A stretch of DNA of 64,000 nt from Halopseudomonas sp. (lineage in GTDB: Bacteria; Pseudomonadota; Gammaproteobacteria; Pseudomonadales; Pseudomonadaceae): positions 9,950-73,949 of the forward strand of contig NZ_JBLIAB010000008.1 in the NCBI RefSeq assembly GCF_047631575.1, written 5' to 3'. Numbering within the stretch: position 1 is the stretch's first letter; each line of letters begins with the position of its first letter. This document shows positions 52,368-63,265 of this stretch, piece after piece. A program made the translations under genes and the position numbers. Under the pieces are notes generated by a model. That model saw only the letters and a list, made by a program, of their open reading frames with translations, was not told the DNA's origin and ran no database searches.

Positions 52368-53461
52368 TGGTTGACGTGAGCAAGCGACTGTTCAATTTCT
52401 GCGCCGGCCCGGCGGCGCTTCCCGAAGCCGTGCTGAAGCAGGCACAGGCCGAGCTGCTCGACTGGCAAGGCAAGGGTCTCTCCGTGATGGAGATGAGTCA
52501 TCGTAGTGAAGAGTTCACCAGCGTCGCCGAGACGGCCGAGCAGGATCTGCGTGATTTGCTGAACATCCCCAGCAACTACCGGGTACTGTTCCTGCAGGGT
52601 GGCGCGAGTCAGCAATTCGCGCAGGTACCGCTCAACTTCATGCCCGAGGGCGGCAGTGCCGACTACATTGATACCGGAATCTGGTCGATTAAAGCGATCG
52701 AGGAAGCCTCGCGTTTCGGCCATGTCAATGTCGCTGCCAGCGCCAAGGAGTATGACTACTTTGCGATTCCGGGCCAGAACGACTGGAAACTATCCGACGC
52801 TGCGTCCTACGTGCATTACACGCCAAATGAGACGATTGGCGGGCTTGAATTCGGCTGGATCCCTCAGGTTGGCGATAAGTCTCTTATCGCGGATATGTCT
52901 TCGACTATTCTGTCGCGACCGATTGATGTTTCCAAATTCGGCATGATCTACGCTGGCGCGCAGAAGAATATTGGGCCCAGCGGGCTGGTCGTAGTCATTG
53001 TGCGTGAAGATTTGCTGGGTGAAGCGCGAGCCAGCTGTCCGACCATGCTCGATTACTCGGTGGCAGCGAAGAATAGCTCGATGTACAACACGCCACCGAC
53101 CTTTGGCTGGTATCTGGCCGGTCTGATTTTCAAGTGGCTGAAAGAGCAGGGTGGCCTGGAGGCGATGGAGCGGATCAATAACGCCAAGCAGCGCACGCTG
53201 TACCAGGCTATCGATGACAGCGAGTTCTACAGCAATCCGATCAATCCGGCCGATCGTTCCTGGATGAACGTTCCTTTCCGTCTCGGTGACGATCGTCTGG
53301 ACAAGGCATTTTTGACCGGAGCTGAAGAGCGTGGGCTGTTGAATCTAAAGGGTCATCGCTCTGTCGGTGGCATGCGTGCTTCGATTTACAATGCCGTTTC
53401 CCAGGATGCGGTCGATGCGCTGGTGGCCTATATGGCCGAGTTCGAAAAGCAACAGGGCTAA
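52367..53461 (+). CDS. serC: Phosphoserine aminotransferase (alternative GTG start at 52376)
   Basis: FNFCAGPA, EMSHRS, YAGAQKNIGP and GHRSVGGMRAS motifs. Confidence 0.96.
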   Translation: MVDVSKRLFNFCAGPAALPEAVLKQAQAELLDWQGKGLSVMEMSHRSEEFTSVAETAEQDLRDLLNIPSNYRVLFLQGGASQQFAQVPLNFMPEGGSADYIDTGIWSIKAIEEASRFGHVNVAASAKEYDYFAIPGQNDWKLSDAASYVHYTPNETIGGLEFGWIPQVGDKSLIADMSSTILSRPIDVSKFGMIYAGAQKNIGPSGLVVVIVREDLLGEARASCPTMLDYSVAAKNSSMYNTPPTFGWYLAGLIFKWLKEQGGLEAMERINNAKQRTLYQAIDDSEFYSNPINPADRSWMNVPFRLGDDRLDKAFLTGAEERGLLNLKGHRSVGGMRASIYNAVSQDAVDALVAYMAEFEKQQG

Positions 53462-53466
53462 TTGGC

Positions 53467-54564
53467 ATGTCTGATGAAGACCAACTCAAGGCGCTGCGCA
53501 AGCGCATCGATTCACTTGATGAAAAAATTCTCGAGCTGATCAGCGAGCGTGCCCATTGCGCGCAGACGGTGGCTCAGGTCAAGCAGAAGTCATTGCCAGC
53601 CGGCAGTGAGCCGGTATTTTATCGGCCCGAGCGTGAAGCCTGGGTGCTCAAGCACATCATGGAGTTAAACAAAGGCCCGCTGGACAACGAGGAAATGGCT
53701 CGGTTGTTCCGTGAGATCATGTCCGCCTGCCTGGCGCTGGAACAGCCCCTCAAAGTAGCTTACCTGGGCCCCGAAGGCACCTTTACCCAGGCGGCTGCGA
53801 TGAAGCATTTTGGCCATTCTGTGGTCAGCGTGCCTATGGCTGCGATCGACGAGATTTTCCGCGAAGTAGCCGCTGGCGCTGTCCAATTTGGCGTGGTGCC
53901 GGTGGAAAATTCTACTGAGGGCGCTATCAACCATACGCTAGACAGTTTTCTCGAACACGATATGGTCATCTGTGGCGAAGTAGAGTTGCGCATTCATCAT
54001 CATCTGCTGATTGGTGAGAATACCAAGACCGACCGTATCTCCCGGGTGTATTCCCACGCTCAGTCGCTCGCCCAGTGCCGCAAGTGGTTGGACGCGCATT
54101 ACCCGAATGTTGAACGCGTGGCGGTGGCAAGCAACGCCGAAGCGGCAAAGCGGGTGAAAGGTGAATGGAATTCCGCGGCGATCGCCGGCGATATGGCCTG
54201 CGAGCTGTATGGATTGAGCAAGATTGCCGAAAAAATTGAAGATCGGCCGGATAACTCGACCCGGTTCCTGATTATTGGCAGCCAGATGGTCCCGCCAACC
54301 GGCGACGACAAGACATCAGTTATCGTTTCCATGCGTAACAAGCCGGGTGCTCTGCATCATCTGTTGCAGCCGTTCCATAATAATGGCATTGATCTTTCGC
54401 GTATCGAAACGCGGCCATCGCGCAGCGGTAAGTGGACTTACGTGTTCTTTATTGACTTTTTTGGTCATCAGCATGATCCGCTGATCAAAAATGTGCTGGA
54501 GAAGATCAATGACGAGTCGGTCGCGCTCAAGGTGCTCGGTTCGTATCCAAAGGCCGTGCTGTAG
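53467..54564 (+). CDS. pheA: Chorismate mutase / prephenate dehydratase (P-protein)
   Basis: LRKRIDSLD, YLGPEGTF, PVENSTEG, DNSTRF and SRIETRP motifs. Confidence 0.96.
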   Translation: MSDEDQLKALRKRIDSLDEKILELISERAHCAQTVAQVKQKSLPAGSEPVFYRPEREAWVLKHIMELNKGPLDNEEMARLFREIMSACLALEQPLKVAYLGPEGTFTQAAAMKHFGHSVVSVPMAAIDEIFREVAAGAVQFGVVPVENSTEGAINHTLDSFLEHDMVICGEVELRIHHHLLIGENTKTDRISRVYSHAQSLAQCRKWLDAHYPNVERVAVASNAEAAKRVKGEWNSAAIAGDMACELYGLSKIAEKIEDRPDNSTRFLIIGSQMVPPTGDDKTSVIVSMRNKPGALHHLLQPFHNNGIDLSRIETRPSRSGKWTYVFFIDFFGHQHDPLIKNVLEKINDESVALKVLGSYPKAVL

Positions 54565-54651
54565 TCGCGGCGAATAGGTTGTGTGGCTAAAGGAGCGGTC
54601 CTTCTGGGGTTGCTATCTGTCGTTTGAATGTCGCTATCCGAGGCGTGTTTT

Positions 54652-55764
54652 ATGACTTGCGATTTTCTTGCCCTGGCGCAGCCAGGCGTTCAAAAGCTGT
54701 CTCCCTATGTACCCGGCAAGCCAGTTGGCGAGCTTGCCCGAGAGTTCGGGTTGAATCCCGCTGATATCGTCAAGTTGGCTAGTAACGAAAACCCGCTCGG
54801 ACCAAGCCAGAAAGCCGTCGCGGCCATCCAGGCAGCGTTGCCGGAGATGACCCGGTACCCCGATGGTAATGGCTTCGCACTGAAGCAAGCACTGTCCCGC
54901 CGGCTGGCCGTCAATCCGGCGATGATTACCTTGGGCAATGGCTCCAACGATATCCTTGAGCTGGTCACCCGTGCCTTTGTCGGCCCGCAACACGAAGTGG
55001 TGTTTAGTGAGCATGCTTTTGCTGTCTATCCAATTGTTACTCAGGCCGTAGGTGCGCAGGCTGTAGTGGTGCCGGCCAAGCACTGGGGTCATGATCTGGA
55101 TGCAATGGCCGCCGCCATAACGGCAAAAACCCGTTTGGTCTTTGTTGCCAATCCGAATAATCCCACCGGCACCTGGATCGAAAAGGCAGAGCTGGAACGC
55201 TTTCTTGCGCAAGTGCCGGAACAGGTCATCGTCGTGCTTGACGAAGCTTATACAGAGTACGTGGAAACCACGGACGTACCCAACGGCCTAGACTACCTTA
55301 GCCAGTATCCCAATGTGCTGGTGTCGCGCACTTTCTCCAAGGCCTACGGTCTGGCGGCTCTGCGCGTAGGTTACGGCATTTGCCACCCGGCGATTGCCGA
55401 TGCGATGAACCGTGTTCGCCAACCTTTCAATGTCAACACGCTGGCCCTGGTCGCCGCGGTAGCGACTCTGGAAGATGAGGCGTACCTAGTCGAGAGTCGT
55501 CGTATCAATCGCGAGGGTATGGCTCAGCTGGAGGCCGGATTTATCGCGTTGAAGCTGAACTGGATTCCTTCAAGAGGCAATTTTATTGCGGTCGATCTTG
55601 GTCGTGAAGCCGCGACAATCTTCAACAGCCTGCTGCGGCAAGGTGTCATCGTACGGCCCGTCGCCAACTATGGCATGCCTAATCATCTGCGGGTCTCCAT
55701 TGGTCTGCCTGAAGAGAATCAACGCTTTCTTGATGTTCTGAAGCAGGCAATGCTGAATGGGTAA
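54652..55764 (+). CDS. hisC: Histidinol-phosphate aminotransferase
   Basis: KLASNENPLG, NPNNPTG, DEAY and RTFSKAYGLA motifs. Confidence 0.95.
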   Translation: MTCDFLALAQPGVQKLSPYVPGKPVGELAREFGLNPADIVKLASNENPLGPSQKAVAAIQAALPEMTRYPDGNGFALKQALSRRLAVNPAMITLGNGSNDILELVTRAFVGPQHEVVFSEHAFAVYPIVTQAVGAQAVVVPAKHWGHDLDAMAAAITAKTRLVFVANPNNPTGTWIEKAELERFLAQVPEQVIVVLDEAYTEYVETTDVPNGLDYLSQYPNVLVSRTFSKAYGLAALRVGYGICHPAIADAMNRVRQPFNVNTLALVAAVATLEDEAYLVESRRINREGMAQLEAGFIALKLNWIPSRGNFIAVDLGREAATIFNSLLRQGVIVRPVANYGMPNHLRVSIGLPEENQRFLDVLKQAMLNG

Positions 55765-57976
55765 GGGTACTGTCGGGCGACTGGTTGTCGTTGGCCTTGG
55801 GTTGATTGGTGGGTCTTTTGCCAAGGGCATCAGGCAGTCGGGACTGTGTCGTGAGGTGATCGGCTACGACGCTGATCCATTGGCGCGCAATCTAGCGGTA
55901 CCCCTGGGTGTTGTCGACAGCGCACCCGGCAGCCTGGCAGAAGCGGTAGTCGGGAGCGATGTGATTATGCTCGCCGTGCCGATATTGGCCATGGAGAAAG
56001 TACTCACGGAGCTGGCTCGGCTTGAGCTTGGTGATGCGGTCATTACCGATGTCGGCAGTACCAAGGGTGCGGTAGTGGCGGCAGTGGAGCGCGCATTCGG
56101 CAAGGTGCCCTCACGGTTCGTGCCGGGTCATCCGATAGCTGGATCTGAACGTAGCGGGGTAGAAGCTTCTGATGCCGAGCTGTTCCAGCGGCACAAGGTT
56201 ATTTTGACACCCTTAGAGCAAACAGATCCGCAGGCGCTCGATCTGATAAGCGGCCTGTGGCGGGCGCTCGGGGCTGATGTGGAACATATGGCGCTGGCAG
56301 ATCATGACGAGGTACTTGCTGCGACTAGTCATCTACCGCATCTGCTGGCGTTTTCACTGGTCGATACCCTGGCGTCGCGTAGCGAAAATCTGGAGATATT
56401 CCGTTATGCCGCGGGTGGTTTTCGCGATTTCACTCGGATTGCGGCAAGCGATCCAACCATGTGGCGCGATATTTTTCTCGCTAATCGGGGCGCCGTACTG
56501 CGCAGTCTCGACGCCTTTACCCGGGATCTGGGGCATTTGCGCACGGCAATCGATGAGGGGGATGCCAAAGCCTTGCTGGGCGTCTTTACGCGGGCCAAAT
56601 CAGCCCGCGAACATTTCAGTCATATTCTGGCCCGCAGGGCCTATACGGAACCTATGCAGACTCAAGTCAGTAATTTCATTGCGAGCCCCGGTGGATGTGT
56701 TCAAGGCAGTATTCGCGTCCCGGGTGATAAATCCATCTCCCACCGCTCGATTATGCTTGGCTCCCTGGCCGAGGGTGTTACGCAGGTTGAGGGTTTCTTG
56801 GAGGGTGAAGACAGTCTGGCTACCCTGCAGGCGTTCCGTGACATGGGCGTGGTCATCGAAGGGCCACATCACGGGCGCGTAGCCATCAATGGTGTAGGTC
56901 TGCATGGCTTGCAGGCGCCGCCTGGTCCCATCTATGTAGGTAATTCCGGCACCTCCATGCGGCTGCTTGCCGGTTTGCTGGCGGGCCAGCAGTTCGACAG
57001 TGAGCTGACCGGGGATATCTCCCTGTCTAAGCGGCCGATGGGTCGGGTGGCGAAGCCGCTGCGGGAAATGGGCGCGCGGATCGACACGGGCGAAGAGGGC
57101 AGGCCGCCACTGCGCATTCAGGGCGACAGCCGGTTGGTGGGTATGGATTACACCATGCCGATGGCCAGTGCTCAGGTAAAATCCTGTCTGTTGTTGGCCG
57201 GACTTTATGCATCTGGGCGCACCTCGGTGACCGAGCCTGCGCCAACGCGCGATCATACCGAACGGATGCTTAAGGGTTTTGGTTATCCCGTGTTGGTCGA
57301 GGGCGCCAAAGTGACTGTCGACCCCGGCCAAGTGCTCACGGCATGTCGTATTGATGTCCCCGCAGATATTTCATCGGCGGCCTTTTTCATGGTTGCTGCA
57401 AGTATTGCTGAAGGCTCAAATTTGCTTCTGCTGCATGTCGGCATCAATCCGACTCGCATCGGGGTTATCAATATTCTGCGTGAAATGGGCGGTGACATAA
57501 CTCTGGAAAACGAGCGTGAAGTCGGCGGTGAGCCTGTAGCTGATATTCGTGTGCGCCATGCAGCATTGAAAGGGATCGATATTCCGGTTGATCAGGTGCC
57601 GCTGGCTATCGATGAGTTTCCTGCATTGTTCATTGCGGCAGCCTGCGCAGAAGGGCGCACCATATTGCGCGGTGCCGAAGAGCTGCGGGTCAAGGAGTCA
57701 GATCGGATTCAGGTTATGGCGGACGGGTTGCAGACCCTTGGCATCCAGGCCGAACCTACCCACGACGGTATTATCATCGAGGGCGGCCAGTTGCGGGGGG
57801 GGGCAGTCGAGAGTCACGGTGATCACCGCATCGCAATGGCATTCAGCATTGCCTCGTTGCGCGCGTTGACTGATATACACATTAACGATTGCGCCAATGT
57901 GGCGACATCATTCCCGGGGTTTGTGGCGTTGGCCAGTTCGGTTGGCATCATGGTTCGGTTAAAGGAGAGCGCGTGA
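55757..57976 (+). CDS. aroA: Bifunctional prephenate (cyclohexadienyl) dehydrogenase / EPSP synthase (TyrA-AroA fusion)
   Basis: N-terminal [27 protein letters not shown]; C-terminal [29 protein letters not shown] and DHRIAM. Confidence 0.95.
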   Translation: MGKGTVGRLVVVGLGLIGGSFAKGIRQSGLCREVIGYDADPLARNLAVPLGVVDSAPGSLAEAVVGSDVIMLAVPILAMEKVLTELARLELGDAVITDVGSTKGAVVAAVERAFGKVPSRFVPGHPIAGSERSGVEASDAELFQRHKVILTPLEQTDPQALDLISGLWRALGADVEHMALADHDEVLAATSHLPHLLAFSLVDTLASRSENLEIFRYAAGGFRDFTRIAASDPTMWRDIFLANRGAVLRSLDAFTRDLGHLRTAIDEGDAKALLGVFTRAKSAREHFSHILARRAYTEPMQTQVSNFIASPGGCVQGSIRVPGDKSISHRSIMLGSLAEGVTQVEGFLEGEDSLATLQAFRDMGVVIEGPHHGRVAINGVGLHGLQAPPGPIYVGNSGTSMRLLAGLLAGQQFDSELTGDISLSKRPMGRVAKPLREMGARIDTGEEGRPPLRIQGDSRLVGMDYTMPMASAQVKSCLLLAGLYASGRTSVTEPAPTRDHTERMLKGFGYPVLVEGAKVTVDPGQVLTACRIDVPADISSAAFFMVAASIAEGSNLLLLHVGINPTRIGVINILREMGGDITLENEREVGGEPVADIRVRHAALKGIDIPVDQVPLAIDEFPALFIAAACAEGRTILRGAEELRVKESDRIQVMADGLQTLGIQAEPTHDGIIIEGGQLRGGAVESHGDHRIAMAFSIASLRALTDIHINDCANVATSFPGFVALASSVGIMVRLKESA

Positions 57977-58665
57977 CAGATCAAGCCATACCGGTCATTA
58001 CCATCGACGGACCTGGCGGGTCGGGCAAAGGCACGATCGCCGGTCTGCTGGCAGCTAGACTTGGCTGGAAGCTGCTGGATTCCGGCGCACTGTATAGGCT
58101 GCTGGCGTTTGCCGCGCAGAATCACGGTGTGGACCTGACCAATGAGGAGGCCTTGAAGACTCTGGCTGCCCATCTCGACGTCCAGTTCCTGGCTGACGGT
58201 GGCGACCGTGAACAACGGATTATCCTCGAGGGTGAGGAGGTGACGCGCGCGATTCGTACCGAGGCGATGGGTACTGGGGCGTCGCAGGTAGCTTCAATTC
58301 CGGTGGTGCGAGCAGCCTTGCTCCAAAGACAGCAAGCGTTTCGCGAAGCGCCTGGTCTGGTAGCCGACGGCCGGGATATGGGTACTGTCGTCTTCGCCGA
58401 CGCTGAGGTGAAGATTTTTTTGACCGCCAGCCCCCACATCCGAGCAGAGCGCCGGTACAAGCAGTTGCTCGAAAAAGGTGAAGCTGCTAATCTGGCGAGT
58501 CTTCTCGATGAGATTTTGGCACGGGATGAGCGCGATATGACTCGCAGTGTGGCGCCTTTGCGCCCGGCTGACGATGCAATCGTACTTGATTCGACCAGTC
58601 TGTCGATTGAAGAAGTACTTGAAGCGGTGTTGTCGGAAGCACGCAAGCGCGACCTTCAGGGCTAA
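57973..58665 (+). CDS. cmk: Cytidylate kinase
   Basis: [20 protein letters not shown] and DGRDMGT motifs; GTG start overlaps the aroA stop. Confidence 0.96.
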   Translation: MTDQAIPVITIDGPGGSGKGTIAGLLAARLGWKLLDSGALYRLLAFAAQNHGVDLTNEEALKTLAAHLDVQFLADGGDREQRIILEGEEVTRAIRTEAMGTGASQVASIPVVRAALLQRQQAFREAPGLVADGRDMGTVVFADAEVKIFLTASPHIRAERRYKQLLEKGEAANLASLLDEILARDERDMTRSVAPLRPADDAIVLDSTSLSIEEVLEAVLSEARKRDLQG

Positions 58666-58824
58666 TCAGGGCATCCGCTGCCGGGAAACCAGCCTGGCCG
58701 GCAACGGGCATTTAATAATCAACCCACATCAGCTGGTGATGTGGCGGGTATGTTTGCTGCAGGGCGCGCGAAATAACAAGCGGCCAGGCGGTTACTGCCT
58801 AAATAACCATTTACAGGATTCCAA

Positions 58825-60507
58825 ATGAGCGAAAGCTTTGCCGAACTTTTTGAAGAAAGTCTAATTACCCTCGACATGCAGCCGGGTTCCATCATCACCG
58901 GTATCATTGTGGACATCGACTCCGATTGGGTCACCGTTCATGCTGGTTTGAAGTCTGAAGGTGTCATCCCCCGTGAGCAATTCCTGAATGATCAGGGCGA
59001 GCTGACGATCAAAGTGGGTGATGAGGTCCATGTTGCACTGGAAGCCGTTGAAGACGGTTTCGGTGAAACTAAACTGTCCCGTGAGAAGGCCAAGCGTGCC
59101 GAATCCTGGAAAGTCCTCGAAGCAGCTTTCGCCGCAGAAGAAATCGTCAAGGGTGTTATCAACGGCAAGGTCAAAGGTGGCTTTACCGTCGATGTCAACA
59201 CTATCCGCGCGTTCCTGCCAGGCTCGCTTGTCGATGTCCGCCCTGTGCGCGACACCACGCACCTGGAAGGCAAGGAACTGGAATTCAAGGTCATCAAGCT
59301 TGACCAGAAGCGCAACAACGTCGTTGTCTCCCGTCGTGCCGTCCTCGAAGCCGAGAACAGTGCCGAGCGTGAAGCCCTGCTGGAAACTCTGCAGGAAGGT
59401 CAGGTTGTCAAAGGTATCGTCAAGAACCTCACAGATTACGGCGCATTTGTCGATCTGGGCGGCGTAGATGGTCTGTTGCACATCACCGACATGGCATGGA
59501 AGCGTATCAAGCATCCTTCCGAAATCGTTAATGTTGGCGACGAGATTGACGTCAAAGTGCTGAAGTTCGATCGTGAGCGCAACCGCGTTTCTCTGGGTCT
59601 GAAGCAGCTGGGCGAAGATCCATGGGTCGCTATCACAGGTCGCTACCCAGAAGGTACTCGCGTTACTGCCAAAGTTACCAATCTGACAGATTACGGCTGC
59701 TTCGCAGAGCTGGAAGAAGGCGTAGAAGGCTTGGTTCACGTATCCGAAATGGATTGGACCAACAAGAACATCCATCCTTCGAAAGTGGTAAACGTTGGCG
59801 ACGAAGTAGAAGTTATGGTTCTGGACATCGACGAAGATCGTCGTCGCATTTCCTTGGGCATCAAGCAGTGCAAGATGAACCCATGGGAAGAGTTCTCCAG
59901 CAAGTTTAACAAGGGTGACAAGATCTCCGGCTCCATCAAGTCGATCACCGATTTCGGTATCTTCATTGGTCTGGATGGCGGCATCGACGGTTTGGTTCAC
60001 TTGTCCGACATTTCCTGGAACGAAGCTGGCGAGGAAGCCGTGCGTCGTTTCAAGAAGGGTGACGAGATTGAAACCGTCATTCTGTCGGTCGATCCAGAGC
60101 GTGAGCGCATCTCCTTGGGCGTCAAGCAGCTGGAAGACGATCCGTTCTCCAACTTTGCTTCGTTGAACGAGAAAGGCACCATCCTGAACGGTATCGTTAA
60201 GGAAGTTGATGCCAAAGGCGCCATCATCACTCTGGCCGAAGAAATCGAAGGCACGTTGAAAGCCTCTGAAATCAGTCGTGACAAAGTCGAAGATGCACGT
60301 AACGTCCTGAACGTTGGTGACGAAGTCGAAGCCAAAATCATCAGCATTGATCGCAAGAGCCGCGTGATCAGTCTGTCGATCAAGGCGAAAGACGTTGAAG
60401 ATGAGAAAGAAGCGATCCAGGGTCTGCGTCAGCAGGAAATGGCCGCTTCCGGTCCGACCACCATTGGTGATCTGATCAAGCAGCAGATGGAAAACAAGGG
60501 TAACTGA
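58825..60507 (+). CDS. rpsA: 30S ribosomal protein S1
   Basis: [12 protein letters not shown] start; six S1 repeats. Confidence 0.98.
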   Translation: MSESFAELFEESLITLDMQPGSIITGIIVDIDSDWVTVHAGLKSEGVIPREQFLNDQGELTIKVGDEVHVALEAVEDGFGETKLSREKAKRAESWKVLEAAFAAEEIVKGVINGKVKGGFTVDVNTIRAFLPGSLVDVRPVRDTTHLEGKELEFKVIKLDQKRNNVVVSRRAVLEAENSAEREALLETLQEGQVVKGIVKNLTDYGAFVDLGGVDGLLHITDMAWKRIKHPSEIVNVGDEIDVKVLKFDRERNRVSLGLKQLGEDPWVAITGRYPEGTRVTAKVTNLTDYGCFAELEEGVEGLVHVSEMDWTNKNIHPSKVVNVGDEVEVMVLDIDEDRRRISLGIKQCKMNPWEEFSSKFNKGDKISGSIKSITDFGIFIGLDGGIDGLVHLSDISWNEAGEEAVRRFKKGDEIETVILSVDPERERISLGVKQLEDDPFSNFASLNEKGTILNGIVKEVDAKGAIITLAEEIEGTLKASEISRDKVEDARNVLNVGDEVEAKIISIDRKSRVISLSIKAKDVEDEKEAIQGLRQQEMAASGPTTIGDLIKQQMENKGN

Positions 60508-60528
60508 TTCAAGCCCTTGTAGTTCCTG

Positions 60529-60556
60529 AAAAGGGCGACTTAGGTCGCCCTTTTTT
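60529..60556 (+). terminator. Rho-independent terminator after rpsA
   Basis: AAAAGGGCGAC-ttag-GTCGCCCTTTTTT. Confidence 0.92.
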
Positions 60557-60679
60557 GTGCCTTTTTTTCGCATTTGATGCTTTCTGACTGGTTGCGACGG
60601 TTCGTACACTGTTCAAACCGGGCCAAGCATGGTAAAAATAATAAAAATAGAGCTAGCCGCTTGATAAAAAAGGAAAATC

Positions 60680-60973
60680 ATGACCAAGTCGGAGTTGATC
60701 GAGCGCATAGTCGAGCAGCAGGGACAGTTATCAGCCAAGGATGTCGAACTGGCTATCAAGACCATGTTGGAACATATGTCTCAGGCGCTTGCCGGCGGTG
60801 AACGGATTGAAATTCGTGGCTTCGGCAGCTTCTCATTACATTATCGTGCGCCGCGCGTAGGACGTAATCCCAAAACAGGCGATTCGGTAGAGCTGGATGG
60901 TAAATTCGTGCCACACTTCAAGCCTGGCAAGGAGCTGCGTGATCGGGTTAACGAGTCTTTGCAGATAGCGTGA
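60680..60973 (+). CDS. ihfB: Integration host factor subunit beta
   Basis: [35 protein letters not shown]. Confidence 0.97.
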   Translation: MTKSELIERIVEQQGQLSAKDVELAIKTMLEHMSQALAGGERIEIRGFGSFSLHYRAPRVGRNPKTGDSVELDGKFVPHFKPGKELRDRVNESLQIA

Positions 60974-61040
60974 AGCGGTTTCTCCCACGCTTTGCACTAC
61001 GCTATACTCTCCTGACACGAATGGACTGGGGTGGTGTGGT

Positions 61041-61340
61041 ATGCAATGGCTGAAGCGCGCAATACTTATAACTCTCCTTTTGCTAGTCGCCTTAGCAACT
61101 CTGGATTTTGTGCTGGAGAACCAGCAAAGTATCCAGCTTCAATTTCTTGAATTGCAATCTCCTGCTATGCCACTCTCCCTTTTCATTATCGTTGCCTTCA
61201 TTCTTGGAAGTCTTCTCGGTGTGTTTATCGGTTGGCTCATTACAACTCGTTTGCGCTTGAAACTCATGGTGCAGAGTAATGAGCTGAATCGTTATCGCAA
61301 GGAAGTCGACAAGCTTCGCACTCAGGCGGTCAAAGGCTGA
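61041..61340 (+). CDS. lapA: Lipopolysaccharide assembly protein A
   Basis: Two TM helices with the F..EN.Q.I.L.F motif; lies between ihfB and lapB. Confidence 0.8.
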   Translation: MQWLKRAILITLLLLVALATLDFVLENQQSIQLQFLELQSPAMPLSLFIIVAFILGSLLGVFIGWLITTRLRLKLMVQSNELNRYRKEVDKLRTQAVKG

Positions 61341-61345
61341 TACCC

Positions 61346-62521
61346 ATGCAGGAGCTGATGTTCCTCGGGCTCTTTGTGCTGGCGCTCGGAATAGGCTGGC
61401 TTTTGGGCCGTCGTGAAGCGATCAAGGTTGGTTTCATGGTCCAGCCCCACGGCAGTGCGTTGGATCGGCAATATTTCATTGGCTTGAACTACCTGCTTAA
61501 CGAGCAGCCTGATGAGGCGATCGAAACCTTTATACGCGCCTTGGAAGTGAACCCCGAAACCGTAGAAACACACATTGCCATTGGCAAGTTATTTTGCCAG
61601 CGTGGTGATGTCGAGCGGGCAATCAAGGTACATCAGAATCTGCTCGCGCGGCCTAATTTAACCCGAATTCAGGCAGATAACGTGCAACTGGAATTGGCTC
61701 GGGATTATCTTGCCGTTGGCATGCACAATCGCTCCGAACGGCTTCTGGATGAGCTGGTGGAAAGTGGGTCACCCTTGCGAGCCGAAGCTCTTGTCGATCT
61801 CGTCAAGGTTCATGAGCGCGAGCACGACTGGTTGAACGCGACCGCCGTGGGTGAAAAGTTGGTTCGTGATCGGCCACAATTTGCAATAACCTTGGCTCAT
61901 TACTACTGCGAAATTGCGCTTGAGCCGCTGCGAAAACAGGAATTATCTCAGGCGCGCAAGCATCTAAATGATGCGCTTCGAGTCGATTCGGGATGTGTTC
62001 GCGCAATGTTGATGTTGGCTGAGCTGGAAGACGGTCTGCGGCGATATAAGGACGCTGCAACTTGGTTAGAGCGGCTCGCCGCAAGAGACCCGGATATGGT
62101 TCCCCATGCCTTGCCTCTGGCGCGACGTAGCGCTCATAATGGCGCGCTTGATATAGCCGCCTATCTGGACTCAACAATCGACAGCGGGTCACCGTTGATC
62201 GAAACGGTGCTTGCCCGGGCCGACTTTCTGCGCGGGGAAAATAGCGTCGGAGATGTAAGTCGTTTTGTCTTGCAGCATATTCAGCGTCAGCCTTCGCTAC
62301 GGGGACTTCTTTACCTGATCGATTTGCATCTGGATCATGTGGATGCAAAGGGACGGGATAATTTGCTCATATTGCGTGGTGTCGTGGAGGCGCTTGTGTT
62401 GGAAAAGCACCCGTACCGCTGCACGTCATGTGGCTTCATGGCTAAGCATCTGCACTGGCAGTGCCCTACGTGTCATGGCTGGTCAACCATCAGACCGCTC
62501 AAAGGTCGCGAGGCAGTTTGA
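61346..62521 (+). CDS. lapB: Lipopolysaccharide assembly protein B (YciM)
   Basis: N-terminal TM, YFIGLNYLLNEQPDEA, TPR repeats, rubredoxin-like CTSC..CPTC. Confidence 0.92.
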   Translation: MQELMFLGLFVLALGIGWLLGRREAIKVGFMVQPHGSALDRQYFIGLNYLLNEQPDEAIETFIRALEVNPETVETHIAIGKLFCQRGDVERAIKVHQNLLARPNLTRIQADNVQLELARDYLAVGMHNRSERLLDELVESGSPLRAEALVDLVKVHEREHDWLNATAVGEKLVRDRPQFAITLAHYYCEIALEPLRKQELSQARKHLNDALRVDSGCVRAMLMLAELEDGLRRYKDAATWLERLAARDPDMVPHALPLARRSAHNGALDIAAYLDSTIDSGSPLIETVLARADFLRGENSVGDVSRFVLQHIQRQPSLRGLLYLIDLHLDHVDAKGRDNLLILRGVVEALVLEKHPYRCTSCGFMAKHLHWQCPTCHGWSTIRPLKGREAV

Positions 62522-62551
62522 GTGGTATCAATATTTTTACAGGATTAATTC

Positions 62552-63253
62552 ATGCCCTGCGATACCCCGATAATCGTCGCGTTGGACTTCCCGGAATCTT
62601 CCCTGGCCATTGCGATGGCCGATCAACTGGATCCGGCTAAATGCCGAGTCAAGGTTGGTAAGGAGTTATTTACCAGCAGCGGCCCGGCAATAGTGGATCA
62701 GCTTCACCAGCGCGGCTTCGAAGTCTTTCTGGATTTGAAATTCCATGATATTCCAAATACCACGGCTAGTGCGGTCAGAGCTGCAGCTGAATTGGGCGTG
62801 TGGATGGTCAACGTACACGCCAGTGGCGGTCGGCGAATGATGGAGGCGTGTACTGATGTTCTCCAGGCTCGCTCCGGTCATCGTCCGCTGTTTATTGCGG
62901 TTACAGTGCTGACCAGTCTCGAACATAAAGATTTGCATGAGGTTGGTGTTGATATTGAGCCCATGGTCCAGGTTCAGCGGCTCGGTCGGTTGGCTCAGGA
63001 CTGTGGTCTCGATGGCCTGGTCTGCTCGGCCCGTGAGTCAAAAGCATTGCGCGGTGCACTGGGTAGCGAGCTCTTGTTGGTGACCCCGGGTATTCGCTCA
63101 GTCGACGTTAATGCAGATGATCAGAAACGAGTAGTCACACCCCGTCAGGCAATGAGCGATGGCAGCAGTTATCTGGTAATCGGTCGCCCGATTACACGAG
63201 CGAATTCGTCCGCGTTGGCGCTCGATTCAATACTCGCTGAATTACAGGAGTGA
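62552..63253 (+). CDS. pyrF: Orotidine-5'-phosphate decarboxylase
   Basis: [27 protein letters not shown] and VIGRPIT motifs. Confidence 0.97.
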   Translation: MPCDTPIIVALDFPESSLAIAMADQLDPAKCRVKVGKELFTSSGPAIVDQLHQRGFEVFLDLKFHDIPNTTASAVRAAAELGVWMVNVHASGGRRMMEACTDVLQARSGHRPLFIAVTVLTSLEHKDLHEVGVDIEPMVQVQRLGRLAQDCGLDGLVCSARESKALRGALGSELLLVTPGIRSVDVNADDQKRVVTPRQAMSDGSSYLVIGRPITRANSSALALDSILAELQE

Positions 63254-63265
63254 TTGAAGCAGCTG

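Noticed and set aside
55757-57976. TyrA-AroA fusion as a novelty
   Set aside because: This fusion is established in Pseudomonadaceae.
58861-60609. 582-aa ORF antisense to rpsA
   Set aside because: Shadow ORF caused by strong codon bias of a highly expressed gene; no recognisable motifs or RBS.
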